Positions 45,255-54,525 of a stretch of 64,000 nt of DNA are shown here, in pieces. Each line of letters opens with the position of its first letter. The first letter of the stretch is position 1. This stretch comes from Candidatus Latescibacterota bacterium (GTDB lineage Bacteria; Latescibacterota; UBA2968; UBA8231): contig CBDETY010000003.1 in NCBI GenBank assembly GCA_965243025.1, forward strand, positions 2,176,001 through 2,240,000, given 5' to 3'. The notes below the pieces were generated by a model. The model did no database searches. It was not told the origin of the DNA and saw only the letters and a program-made list of their open reading frames with translations. Made by a program: the position numbers and the translations under genes.

Positions 45255-46871
45255 TCACGCATCGAGCACGCCGATGGTCGGTCCGAAGCTGTCCTGGTAA
45301 GCCTGGGCGTCGAGGCGGCAATCGATCAGGGTAGTGACGTCCGCAGCGAGGGCCGCTTTCAGCGCCTCCCGGAACCCCTCGGGGGTATCGACGGTCGCCC
45401 CGGCCAGGCCGCACGCCCTCGCCACCTGGGCGTAATCGACCCTCTGCAGCTGCAACTTGTACTCCGGCATCCCGCGCGCCTTCTGCCGCCACCTCATGGT
45501 TCCGAGGGCGTCGTCGTTGAGGATAACCAGGGGCGCCGCCACCCCGGCGCGCGCCAGGGTCTCCAGCTCGCCGAGCCGCATCAGCAGGCTGCCGTCGGCT
45601 CCCAGCCCCAGCATCGGGGTTTCCGGAGCCGCCAGTTTGGCACCGAGCAACGCCGGGATCGTCAGCCCCATGGTGCGGCCGCCGCTGGTGCCGCGGTAGC
45701 TCGCCGGATCGTCGACCTTCCACATGTGCTCGAGAATGGTGATGTAGATCCCGGTCTCCGAGAACAGCACCCCTCCCGAAGGCATCAGCTCCCCGGCGAT
45801 CTCGATGACGTCCTGCGCCGCCAGGCGCGCCTGCGGGGGCCGCGCGAAGTGCGGCTTCACCGCGGCGTCGATCGCGGCCAGCTCAGCCTCTGAGAAGCCC
45901 TCCCCCGCCGCCGTCAACTGTTCGATGGATGCCTTCAGGTCGCCGTCCACCCGCACTTCCGGGTCGGCGGTGAACGACAGGTGTTCGGGCCGCGCCACCA
46001 GCTCGCAGACCGGCAGCGGGGTGCTCAAGGGCACGTGCGCCATCATCGCGTCCGCGCCGGCGAAGAGCACGGCGTCGGCGCGCTGGAGCACCTCCATCTC
46101 GACGGTGTTGTCCACCCAGCTCCCGGTCATCACTCCGGCCCAGCGGGCGTGGGACTCGGGGAAGGCGCCGCGTCCGTCCATGGTCGACAACACCACTCCC
46201 CCAATGCGCTCGACGAGCTCGACCAGCTCAGGGGTGGCCCCGGCCCGGGTCACGTCGGCGCCGGCGACCACCGCCGGCTTCACCGAGCCTTCGAGAAAGG
46301 CGCGCGCCGCCTCGACGGAAGCCGCAGGCGCAGGGCTGTCGATACTGGCCGGAAGGGGCGGCAGCGATCCCCCGCAGTCCGCGTCGCCGAGGTCGGACGG
46401 CAGGTCGAGGAGCACCGGTCCGGGACGGCCGTCGAGGGCCCGGAACCAGGCCTCCCGCAGCATCTCCGGGGCGGCCCCGGGGCTCAAGGTGCCGCTGTAC
46501 TTGATCACCGAGCCGAACAGCTCCTCGTGGGCGCAATGCTGCACGAGGCCTCCCCGGGTCACCGTCGAGGAGGCGGACTCGCACAGGCAGACGACCGGCG
46601 CCCTCTCGAAATGGGCGTTGACCGCGCCGCCGGCTAGGTTCCCCGCGCCGACCCCCTTCACCGACAGCGCCAGGCCCGCGGTATCCTTCATCAGGCCGTT
46701 GTACGCCCCGGCTATCGCCGCGGTCGACTCGTGCGCCACCGAGACGAACTCGACCCCGAGCCGGCGGCCGTACTCCATCAGGTCGAGAGGACAGCCGCCC
46801 CCGGGAATCCCGAAGAAGTGGCGAATCCCCCTCTCCCGCGCTTCGCTTATGATCAGTTCCGCCAGTTTCAC
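45255..46871 (-). CDS. Thiamine pyrophosphate-binding enzyme (acetolactate synthase-like)
   Basis: FGIPGG, HE catalytic motif, GRPGPVLLDLP, and TPP motif ADGSLLM...LNDDALG. Confidence 0.88.
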   Translation of the reverse strand: MKLAELIISEARERGIRHFFGIPGGGCPLDLMEYGRRLGVEFVSVAHESTAAIAGAYNGLMKDTAGLALSVKGVGAGNLAGGAVNAHFERAPVVCLCESASSTVTRGGLVQHCAHEELFGSVIKYSGTLSPGAAPEMLREAWFRALDGRPGPVLLDLPSDLGDADCGGSLPPLPASIDSPAPAASVEAARAFLEGSVKPAVVAGADVTRAGATPELVELVERIGGVVLSTMDGRGAFPESHARWAGVMTGSWVDNTVEMEVLQRADAVLFAGADAMMAHVPLSTPLPVCELVARPEHLSFTADPEVRVDGDLKASIEQLTAAGEGFSEAELAAIDAAVKPHFARPPQARLAAQDVIEIAGELMPSGGVLFSETGIYITILEHMWKVDDPASYRGTSGGRTMGLTIPALLGAKLAAPETPMLGLGADGSLLMRLGELETLARAGVAAPLVILNDDALGTMRWRQKARGMPEYKLQLQRVDYAQVARACGLAGATVDTPEGFREALKAALAADVTTLIDCRLDAQAYQDSFGPTIGVLDA

Positions 46872-46996
46872 GGCTGCTCGGACCTCCTGTCTTCCGGATT
46901 CTTGAGTATCCCCCGGGGAACCGGTAGGTTCGCCCCGCCGCCCCCGGCCGGAGGCGGATGGCAGAATGTAGGACCGATACCTGGGGGATGTAACCT

Positions 46997-47605
46997 TTGG
47001 CGATGGACCGGAACTCCCGGAGGTTGTGGGTAGGCAACGATGTCGTCTACCGGCACGATCCCCACATAGCCGCCCACCACCTCAAGCGGCGTTTCGTCGA
47101 CCGGGTCTGCAGCCCCGGAGAGGCCGAACGCGTGCGCGCGAGCCGGGAGCCCGGCCTCCTGCTGTGGTCGCTGTGGGCGGCCAAGGAGGCCGCGTACAAG
47201 GCGGTCGTCAAGCTGCGGCCCGGGACCCCGTTCGCGCACCGGCGCTTCGTCGTCGCCGAGACCCTGGCAGGAGTCCGCTACGAAAATCTGCTGCTGTCTC
47301 TCGAGGTGGAGGGGAACGAGGAGTGGGTGCACGCCGTCGCCTGCACCGGGGAGACCGCCGTCCTGTGGTCAGTGGAGCGGATGGAAGACGGGGCGGACCA
47401 GAAGGTAGCGGTCCGCGCCCTCGCCCTCGAAGCGGTGGCGGCGCGTTTCGACCTGCCGCGAGACCGCCTCGAGATCGTCCGCCCCCCGAATGCCCGGGGC
47501 CGCCCCGGCCCTCCGCAGCTGCTCGTGGACGGCCTGGCGACTGGAGTCGACATCAGCCTGTCGCACGACGGCCCGTTCGTCGCCTGTGCCGCAGTCCGCA
47601 GCTAG
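46997..47605 (+). CDS. 4'-phosphopantetheinyl transferase
   Basis: VGNDVV, LWAAKEAAYK and DISLSHDG; convergent with the FAS-like cluster. Start may be at 47003. Confidence 0.82.
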   Translation: MAMDRNSRRLWVGNDVVYRHDPHIAAHHLKRRFVDRVCSPGEAERVRASREPGLLLWSLWAAKEAAYKAVVKLRPGTPFAHRRFVVAETLAGVRYENLLLSLEVEGNEEWVHAVACTGETAVLWSVERMEDGADQKVAVRALALEAVAARFDLPRDRLEIVRPPNARGRPGPPQLLVDGLATGVDISLSHDGPFVACAAVRS

Positions 47606-47750
47606 CAACTGCGCCCCGGTTCCATCTGAATCCGGCCTTCGGGTGCATCCTGAGGAGTCGCGGATTCAATCCATGCCGGGTCATCCGTAAGATCTTCCCT
47701 CGATTCCGGCACGCGGCTGCCAAGGTTTCTCCGATTTGGCGGGAAGCCCC

Positions 47751-48572
47751 TCAGGCCCGGGTCAGCCGCTCCCGCTCGCGGCGCTCGATCTCGCCGAGCC
47801 GGGCCACCGCGTCGAGGACCTTGCGCCCGACCTTCACCTGGTTGCGGAACAGCCTCGGGTCGACCCCGTCGAACTCCGAGGTGTCGACCGGGTCCCCGTA
47901 CACGACGATCACCGGCCTGCGCCCCCGCAGGTTGAGGCGCACCTCCTCGGCCGGACTGTCGCTCAGGCCGTTGACGAAGATCGGGATGACGATGGGGCGG
48001 GCGTGCAGGACGACGCGGCCGAACCCCGGCTCGGCCGGCAGCAGCTCGTAGGGATCGTCGTTCTTGTTGCGCGTCCCCTCCGGGTGGATGCCGACCAGGG
48101 CGCGCGGCGACTTCAGGCGCTCGGCGAGGAAGTCGAGCCCGGCGCGCGTCACCCCCCGCTTGTGGCGCGGCCGGAAGATCGGCGGGAACATCGACATGGT
48201 GCTGAACAGCAGGTTGGCGAGGATCCCGGGGACCGTGTCGTAGAGGAATCCGGAGCGCACCGGAAAGAAGAACTGGTTCCAGTGCACGACGTGCCGGTAC
48301 AGGTAGGTGGCGATGATGTACTGGTCGAAATAGGTGCGGTGGTTGGAGGCGATCAGGACGCCCCGGTCCGGGCGCAGGGCCGCCATCCTGTCCATGCCGA
48401 CGAGGTGGATGCGCCGGCTGGTCAGCAGGGTGACGAAGTGGCGGTGGACGTTCTTGTTGATCCAGTGGGTGGCGGTGCGTGCGCGCGGGGATTCGTTGAT
48501 CCAGCTGGCGAACGCCAGCGCGGTGCGCTCAACCCGGGTGAGGTTCGCCAGATCCTCGGGGGGAATCTCCAT
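47751..48572 (-). CDS. PlsC-like lysophospholipid acyltransferase
   Basis: NHRTYFD (HX4D) and HPEGTRN motifs. Confidence 0.88.
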   Translation of the reverse strand: MEIPPEDLANLTRVERTALAFASWINESPRARTATHWINKNVHRHFVTLLTSRRIHLVGMDRMAALRPDRGVLIASNHRTYFDQYIIATYLYRHVVHWNQFFFPVRSGFLYDTVPGILANLLFSTMSMFPPIFRPRHKRGVTRAGLDFLAERLKSPRALVGIHPEGTRNKNDDPYELLPAEPGFGRVVLHARPIVIPIFVNGLSDSPAEEVRLNLRGRRPVIVVYGDPVDTSEFDGVDPRLFRNQVKVGRKVLDAVARLGEIERRERERLTRA

Positions 48573-48630
48573 GTAGTCACGGGTGAACGGGGGGTAGGGC
48601 CGGCGGGGCCCGCCTTGGCGGCCTCGGGGA

Positions 48631-48876
48631 TCAGCCGGTCGCGGCGATCAGGTTGACGGCATCCCCTACGGTGGTCACCTGGTCGGCGTCGTCGTCGGAG
48701 ATCTCGATGTCGAAACCGTCCTCGATTTCGAGCACGATGTCTACCAGTCTCGCGGAGTTGACCTCGAGGTCCTCCTGGATCGAGGTCTCCATGGAGACGT
48801 TCGAGAGCGCCTCCTCGTTCTTGGCGAAGGGAGTGAGGATCTCGACGATCTTTTTGAAGACTTCCTGCGTGTCCAT
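48631..48876 (-). CDS. Acyl carrier protein
   Basis: MDTQEVF...DLEVNSARLVDIVLEIEDGFDIEISDDDADQVTTVGDAV; 81 aa, acidic; C-terminal part of track ORF 48631..49686. Confidence 0.9.
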   Translation of the reverse strand: MDTQEVFKKIVEILTPFAKNEEALSNVSMETSIQEDLEVNSARLVDIVLEIEDGFDIEISDDDADQVTTVGDAVNLIAATG

Positions 48877-49022
48877 TGCTGCGATCCTTTGTGCGTTCTG
48901 TTGGCGGCGACGGCCGGCCCCGTTGCGGAGCGGATCCGCTCCTGCATGACCGCAGGGGCCGGCATCCCGGCGATTTCCCGGCCCGGACCGGGCGGTAATC
49001 TGCCCCGGACCGATAGATAAAG

Positions 49023-50303
49023 TTACGCGATTTTCCTGAAAATCACACAGCCGTTCACGTCCCCGAAGCCGAAGCTCGCCTTGGCGACCGCCTTCAGGCC
49101 GGGAAGGTCGACGCACTCGTGGGGTATGCGGCCGGAGTAGGCTTCGAGGTCGGGGTGCAGGTCTTCGCAGTTGATGGAGGGATGGACGAAACCGTGGTGG
49201 AGCTCGAGGACGGAGGCGACGCACTCGATGCCCCCGGCGGCCCCGAGGGCGTGCCCTATCAGCGACTTGGTCGAGTGTATGTACGGCATTTCCGCGGGGT
49301 CGATCCGCAGCGCCCGGGACCAGTTCACGACCTCGTGCGGGTCGGCGAAAGTGGCGGTGAGGTGGCCGTTGATCGCCCCGATCTCGCCGGGGTCGAGCCC
49401 GGACATCTCCAGGGCCCCGCGCAGGCAGCGCTCGATGCTGTTCGGGTTGGGGGCGGTCATGCTGCCCCCCTGGCGGTGGCCGCCGCAGTTGAGGAAGACG
49501 CCCGCCACTTCGGCGTAGATGCGGGCGCCGCGCTCCCGGGCGGTCTCCATATCCTCGAGCATCAGCATGCCGGCGCCGGACCCGGGGATGAAGCCGGCGG
49601 CGCTGGCGCTCATCGGCCGCGACGCCGCCTCCGGGTCGTCGTTGCTGTTGCGGTTGAGCACGCGCATGGCGTCGAACCCGGCCCATATGTAGTGGCTGTG
49701 GCCCTCCGAGCCTCCGGCGAGCATGCGCTTGGCCAGCCCGTCCCTTATGCGCTGGCAGGCCTGCACGACCGCCTCGGTGCCGGTGTTGCAGGCGCTCGAG
49801 TTGGTGCTCACCTGGTTTCCGAGGCCGAGCTTGCCGGCGATGCGGGCGCTGTTGCCGCTCGACATGATCTGCTCGACCATGGTGCTTCCGAGCCGCCTCA
49901 CCCTCCCCGCCTGCGTCTTCGGCGCCAGGGTCTCGGCGATGGTGTCGATCCCCCCGATCCCGGTGCCGATGATGCCCCCGGTGTCCCAGTCGGGCTCTTC
50001 GCCGTCCCCCCGCATCTCAAGGCCGGCGTCCCTCCAGGCGTCGATGGAAGCGATCGCCGCGTACACCATGTTGGCGTTCATCGCGAACAGCTCCTCCTCG
50101 CTGAGGTAGTCCGACTGCAGCTCCTCGACGCCGTCGGGGATGCCGCCGACCTGGCAGCCGAACTTCAACTCGGCGAGCTGCTCGTGGAAGGCGATGCCGC
50201 TGCGGCCCCGGCGCAGGGCCCCGGCGAACTGCTCGAGGCCGTGGCCGTTGGGAGCCAGCACTCCCAGGCCGGTCACGGCGACCCTGACGTCATTCCCGTT
50301 CAC
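49023..50303 (-). CDS. Beta-ketoacyl-ACP synthase (FabF/FabB-type)
   Basis: VAVTGLG, SSACNTG (Cys), NGHLTAT (His), TKSLIGHALG (His) and SFGFG. Confidence 0.92.
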   Translation of the reverse strand: MNGNDVRVAVTGLGVLAPNGHGLEQFAGALRRGRSGIAFHEQLAELKFGCQVGGIPDGVEELQSDYLSEEELFAMNANMVYAAIASIDAWRDAGLEMRGDGEEPDWDTGGIIGTGIGGIDTIAETLAPKTQAGRVRRLGSTMVEQIMSSGNSARIAGKLGLGNQVSTNSSACNTGTEAVVQACQRIRDGLAKRMLAGGSEGHSHYIWAGFDAMRVLNRNSNDDPEAASRPMSASAAGFIPGSGAGMLMLEDMETARERGARIYAEVAGVFLNCGGHRQGGSMTAPNPNSIERCLRGALEMSGLDPGEIGAINGHLTATFADPHEVVNWSRALRIDPAEMPYIHSTKSLIGHALGAAGGIECVASVLELHHGFVHPSINCEDLHPDLEAYSGRIPHECVDLPGLKAVAKASFGFGDVNGCVIFRKIA

Positions 50304-50748
50304 GCGGCACTCCCATTCCCGAAACGGTCCCGCCGGCGACCCAGGTGCCGTCGGCGAGCCTCAGCTCGACTTTCGATTTCAGTTTCCGGCGCCTCCAGAA
50401 CAGCTTCTGGGCGGTGACCCGCACCGTGGCCCCCGGGGGGACGACCTGGCCGAACTCCACCTCGGCGTCGGTGAACAGGGTGATGGTCCCGGCGACCTCC
50501 TCCTCGGGGACCTCCATGCCGAGAAGGTGGATCCCGAGGGCGACCAGCCCGGTCTGGCACATCGCCTCGATCAGGATCACCCCGGGGGTCACCGGGTTTC
50601 CGGGGAAGTGCCCCTCGTAGAAGGTCTCGTCCTCGCGGAAGGTGTACTCGCCGACCGCGGTCGACTCGCCGAGCTCGACGATGCGGTCGATGAAGCGGAA
50701 CGGCCGCTGCTGCGGGATCAGGGCGAGCACCTGCTCCGGGGTCAGCAT
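50290..50748 (-). CDS. FabZ-type 3-hydroxyacyl-ACP dehydratase
   Basis: PQQRPFRFID and GHFPGNPVTPGVILIEAMCQ; start overlaps the fabA stop (TGATG). Confidence 0.88.
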   Translation of the reverse strand: MLTPEQVLALIPQQRPFRFIDRIVELGESTAVGEYTFREDETFYEGHFPGNPVTPGVILIEAMCQTGLVALGIHLLGMEVPEEEVAGTITLFTDAEVEFGQVVPPGATVRVTAQKLFWRRRKLKSKVELRLADGTWVAGGTVSGMGVPRERE

Positions 50749-51341
50749 CAGGCGCCCCGGTCCATGATGCCGCCGACGCTGTTGGCCGAGCGCGCCGGGT
50801 AGTCGGGGTAGGCGATGCCGAGGAACATCCCGACCTTGGCGTCCCTGACCGTGTAGATGTGCTCGCCGTCGACGAGCACCCTGGCGCTGCCGATGGCGAC
50901 CGCCGAACCGGACTCCTTCAGCTGCGAGAAGCGGCGGATGTCGACCTCGTAGCGCACCACCTCGTTCCAGGGGCGTATCTGGCCGGCGAACTCGACCTCC
51001 TTGCAGCCGAGGGCCCGCCCCGAGCCCGGGGCGCCGTTGGCGGCGATGTAGAGCCCGACGAGCTGCCAGATCGCGTCGACTCCGAGACACCCGGGCTGCA
51101 CCGGATCGCCGCGGAAATGGCAGTGAAAGAACCAGTCGGCGACGCTGATGTCCTGTTCCCCGACGATGCGCCCGCGCGGCCCCCGGCGGTCGAGCTCGAC
51201 GACGCGGGAGATCATCAGCATCGGCGGCGCCGGCAGGCGGATGAACTCGTCCGGCGGATCCTCGACCAGGGTGCCCTGCGAGATGCCGAGCAGCTCTTCC
51301 GGGGTGAAGTGGCCGCGCTCGATGAACTCGGAGTAGCGCAT
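50748..51341 (-). CDS. fabA: FabA 3-hydroxydecanoyl-ACP dehydratase/isomerase
   Basis: LPAPPMLM, WFFHCHFRGDPVQPGCLGVDAIWQLVG and GRALG (His/Asp dyad of FabA). Confidence 0.88.
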   Translation of the reverse strand: MRYSEFIERGHFTPEELLGISQGTLVEDPPDEFIRLPAPPMLMISRVVELDRRGPRGRIVGEQDISVADWFFHCHFRGDPVQPGCLGVDAIWQLVGLYIAANGAPGSGRALGCKEVEFAGQIRPWNEVVRYEVDIRRFSQLKESGSAVAIGSARVLVDGEHIYTVRDAKVGMFLGIAYPDYPARSANSVGGIMDRGA

Positions 51342-51343
51342 CC

Positions 51344-52339
51344 TCAGGAGACCTCGATTCGCAGGCTCGACCATGTGAGACCGGACCCGACCACGGCGAG
51401 GACGACGCTGTCGCCGGATCGCAGCTCCTCCCAGCGCTGGGAGAGCACCACCGGCGCCCCGGCGGCCCCGGTGTTGCCGAACTCGGCGACGTTGTGCCAG
51501 TGCGAGTCGCCGTCGACGCCCGCCCGGCTGGCGACCCCCTGCAGCATCAGCAGGTTGGCCTGGTGGCCGATGAACCGCAGCGCCCCGCCGCCGGCTTCGG
51601 CGTGCCTGCGCGCCTCGGGAAGCATCTCCCTGACCAGGGAGATCGTCGTCTTGATGGCGAAGCGCTGCACGGCGTTCCCCTCCTGGAAGAAGTGGCCGTG
51701 GCGCGGGATGCGCACCGCGTCCCAGCGCTTCGAGTCGGCCCCCAGGGTGCTGGCGACCACCCGGGCCGGGGCCGGCTCCCGGGCCGACAGCACCGCGGCG
51801 CTGGTGCCGTCCCCCCAGAGCACGGCGTTGGCGCGGTCGGAGTAGTCGATCGCCCGCGTCGTGTTCTCGGGGTTGACGACGAGGACGAAGCGCGGCAGCC
51901 CCTCCATCGAGCTCAGCATGTGCAGCTGCGCCCCGAAGCTGCAGCAGGCGGAGTTGATGTCGATCCCCGGGGCGTCGATGTCGGCGGCCGCGGCGACGCG
52001 GCTGGCGTCGGCCGGGATCGCCATGTCGGGATAGCATCCTCCCGCAACCACCAGGCCGATCTCGGAGGCGGCGACGCCGGCGCGCTCGAGGGCCATGGCC
52101 GCGGCCCGGGCGGCGGTGTCGGCGTTGTCGTACAGGGCGGCCTCCCCGGCGCCGCGGGGGTCGCGGTTGTAGGTGCTGCGGATGTAGTCGAGGGGCAGCA
52201 CCGTGCGCCGCCGGCGAATCCCCACGCGCTCGAGGATCCACTCGTCGCTGGTGCCGATGTCGAGATCCTCGAGAAAGCCGTTGTCGATGACGTTCTCGGG
52301 ATGGAAGTGACCCATGCCGTGCAGGTACAGGGAAGCCAA
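51344..52339 (-). CDS. 3-oxoacyl-ACP synthase III (FabH-like)
   Basis: TSDEWILERVGIRRRR, SACCSF, WGDG, GHQAN and FGNTG (Cys-His-Asn triad). Confidence 0.9.
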   Translation of the reverse strand: MASLYLHGMGHFHPENVIDNGFLEDLDIGTSDEWILERVGIRRRRTVLPLDYIRSTYNRDPRGAGEAALYDNADTAARAAAMALERAGVAASEIGLVVAGGCYPDMAIPADASRVAAAADIDAPGIDINSACCSFGAQLHMLSSMEGLPRFVLVVNPENTTRAIDYSDRANAVLWGDGTSAAVLSAREPAPARVVASTLGADSKRWDAVRIPRHGHFFQEGNAVQRFAIKTTISLVREMLPEARRHAEAGGGALRFIGHQANLLMLQGVASRAGVDGDSHWHNVAEFGNTGAAGAPVVLSQRWEELRSGDSVVLAVVGSGLTWSSLRIEVS

Positions 52340-52342
52340 CGA

Positions 52343-53296
52343 TCAGCCTGCGATATGCTCGCCGCCGTCGACGCGGACGATGGTGCCGTTGATCCAGCGC
52401 GCCTCGTCCGTGCTCAGCAGGAAGATGACGTCGGCCACCTCCGCGGCCGTGGTCAGCCGGCCGAAGGGGTTGCGCAGGGACGCGGAGGCCTTCAGGTGTT
52501 CGCTGCCGGGAATCAGCCGCAGGGCGGCCGAGTCGGTCACCCCGGCCTGGACGACGTTGGAGCGGACGCCGTGGGGGGCGTACTCGGCGGCGATGGCGCG
52601 GCTCACCGACTCGAGCGCCACCTTGGCCGCGGCGACCGCGGCGTAGCCGCGCCAGGCGACCTCGTTCCCCTCGCTCGTCATCGCCAGCACGCGCGCGTCC
52701 TCCGCGAACAGGCCGGCCTCGAACACCTCCCGGGTCCAGGTGGCCAGGCTCGTCCCCATGCTGTACACGGTGCGCTCGAAATCCTCGTCCTCGAGCACCG
52801 CCTTCGCGTCGTACGGAGGCGGGCTGGCGAGGTGGACGAGGCTCCTGCCGGTGTCCCCTGAAAAGACCGCGTCGACCGCCTCGGCAAGCGCCTCCGGGTC
52901 GATGCCGAGCCGTTCGGCCAGCACCCGCCGGTCCTGCTCACCCCGGCCCCCGAAGGAGTCGGCGAGCGGGGCGATGAGACGCAGGTTGCCGAAGGCTATC
53001 GAGTGCAGCATGGTGCGCACCCGGCCGCGGCCTCCCAGGCGCTCCTTCAGAGCCCCGATCACGGTATCGCGGCCCTCCTGCGACAGGGCGTCGAGGTTGA
53101 AGGAAAGGAAATCTCCGTCGGACCGGCGGATCGCCTCGAACTCCGGCTCGATCCCCTTCATGGCGCCGCGCCGGTCGCGGTGCACGACGGCGACACTCAT
53201 CCCGTGGCGGGCGAGCTTCCTGGCGGCAGCGAGGCCGAAGCCGCTGGAACCTCCGAGGATCAGCGCCCACTGGTCGGTGTCGAAACGGATGCTCAA
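52343..53296 (-). CDS. Enoyl-ACP reductase-like SDR (FabL/FabI type) with an internal insertion
   Basis: LGGSSGFG, HSIAFG, Y-X6-K (YAAVAAAK), NPFGRLTT and VDGG; TTG start at 53296 is inferred. Confidence 0.85.
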   Translation of the reverse strand: MSIRFDTDQWALILGGSSGFGLAAARKLARHGMSVAVVHRDRRGAMKGIEPEFEAIRRSDGDFLSFNLDALSQEGRDTVIGALKERLGGRGRVRTMLHSIAFGNLRLIAPLADSFGGRGEQDRRVLAERLGIDPEALAEAVDAVFSGDTGRSLVHLASPPPYDAKAVLEDEDFERTVYSMGTSLATWTREVFEAGLFAEDARVLAMTSEGNEVAWRGYAAVAAAKVALESVSRAIAAEYAPHGVRSNVVQAGVTDSAALRLIPGSEHLKASASLRNPFGRLTTAAEVADVIFLLSTDEARWINGTIVRVDGGEHIAG

Positions 53297-53497
53297 CGGG
53301 TGGGAATTCTCTCTGGCGGGGTTGATTGGGAAGGGAGAAAATCTGTGGGACCGGGTGGCGACTGTCAAAGCCGGAGCGCCTGTCCGCGGCCCCTGCGGCC
53401 GGGGGCGGGGCGTTGCACCCTCGCAGCGCATGCCGGAGTTTTGCTCCGCTTTTTTCCGCTGTCGCCGGAGGCAGCGGTAACCGCCCGGAAAAACAAC

Positions 53498-54505
53498 ATG
53501 AAGATCACCCGCATCGAGCAGTTCATCACCGCGGTCCCGCACATACCCGAGATCGAGAAGAGCCGCCCGGGAGACTACCGGGAGCGGCCGATCCCCATCA
53601 TCAGGGTGCACACCGACGAGGGGATCGAAGGCATCGGCGAAGGGGGGCGCGGCGAACGGTTCGAGAACCTCGAGGAGTGGATCGGGGTCGACCCGATGGC
53701 CCTCAACCCGACGACGATGGGGGGCGCCTTCGCCATGGCGGTGTTCGACATCGCCGGCAAGGCCCTCGGAGTTCCCGCCAACAAGCTGATGGGGAGCCGG
53801 CACTGGGACGAGGTCCCGGTCGGCTGGTGGTCCCCGCCGCTCGAGCCGGCGGAGTTCGCCGCCATGGCCGAGACCGGGGCCCGGCTCGGGTACAGGACCC
53901 ACAAGCTCAAGGCGCGGCCCTGGAACATCGTCGAGACCGTCGAGCTGATGACCGCGGCCGCCGGCCCCGACTACGCCATCATCGTCGATCCCAACATGAC
54001 CTTCGAGACCCTGCACGCCACCCTGCGCATCGCCGACCAGCTCGAGCGCTACAACATCCAGGCTTTCGAGGACCCCTTTCCCAGGCTTCCCGGCTGGCAC
54101 CAGTACCGCGACTTCCGCCGCCACTCCACCATCCCGCTGGCCCCCCATATCGCCGATCCCCAGCTGATCATGAGCGCCATCCGGGCGGAGGCGGCCGACA
54201 TGTTCAACACCGCCGGAGAGGTGGAGCGCGCCAAGGGGAACGCCGCCATCGCCGAGGCCGCGGGCATGCCGGTCTGGCTGCAGGTGGTCGGGCTCGGACT
54301 GGGGGTCTCGGGCGCCTACGGAACGCACGTGCACTCGGTGATCCCGAACGCGACGATCCCTTCTGACAGCCTCCACTTCACCCGGGAGAACGACCTGATC
54401 TCCGGGGCCCTGACGCCGAAGAACGGGCTCGTCAAGGTCCCCGAAACCCCGGGCCTGGGGGTCGAGCTCGACATGGAGGCGGTCGGGAAGTACCGGGTCG
54501 GCTGA
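53498..54505 (+). CDS. Mandelate racemase/muconate lactonizing enzyme family protein
   Basis: IRVHTDEGIEGIGE, DIAGKALGVP, KLK, VDPN, EDP and PGLGVELD. Confidence 0.88.
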   Translation: MKITRIEQFITAVPHIPEIEKSRPGDYRERPIPIIRVHTDEGIEGIGEGGRGERFENLEEWIGVDPMALNPTTMGGAFAMAVFDIAGKALGVPANKLMGSRHWDEVPVGWWSPPLEPAEFAAMAETGARLGYRTHKLKARPWNIVETVELMTAAAGPDYAIIVDPNMTFETLHATLRIADQLERYNIQAFEDPFPRLPGWHQYRDFRRHSTIPLAPHIADPQLIMSAIRAEAADMFNTAGEVERAKGNAAIAEAAGMPVWLQVVGLGLGVSGAYGTHVHSVIPNATIPSDSLHFTRENDLISGALTPKNGLVKVPETPGLGVELDMEAVGKYRVG

Positions 54506-54525
54506 CGCGGTCAGGAGAGGAGTCG

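Noticed and set aside
47627-47668. Inverted repeat TGAATCCG...CGGATTCA between the convergent PPTase and acyltransferase genes
   Set aside because: Short stem with a long loop and no second copy seen; insufficient to call a terminator or mobile-element end.
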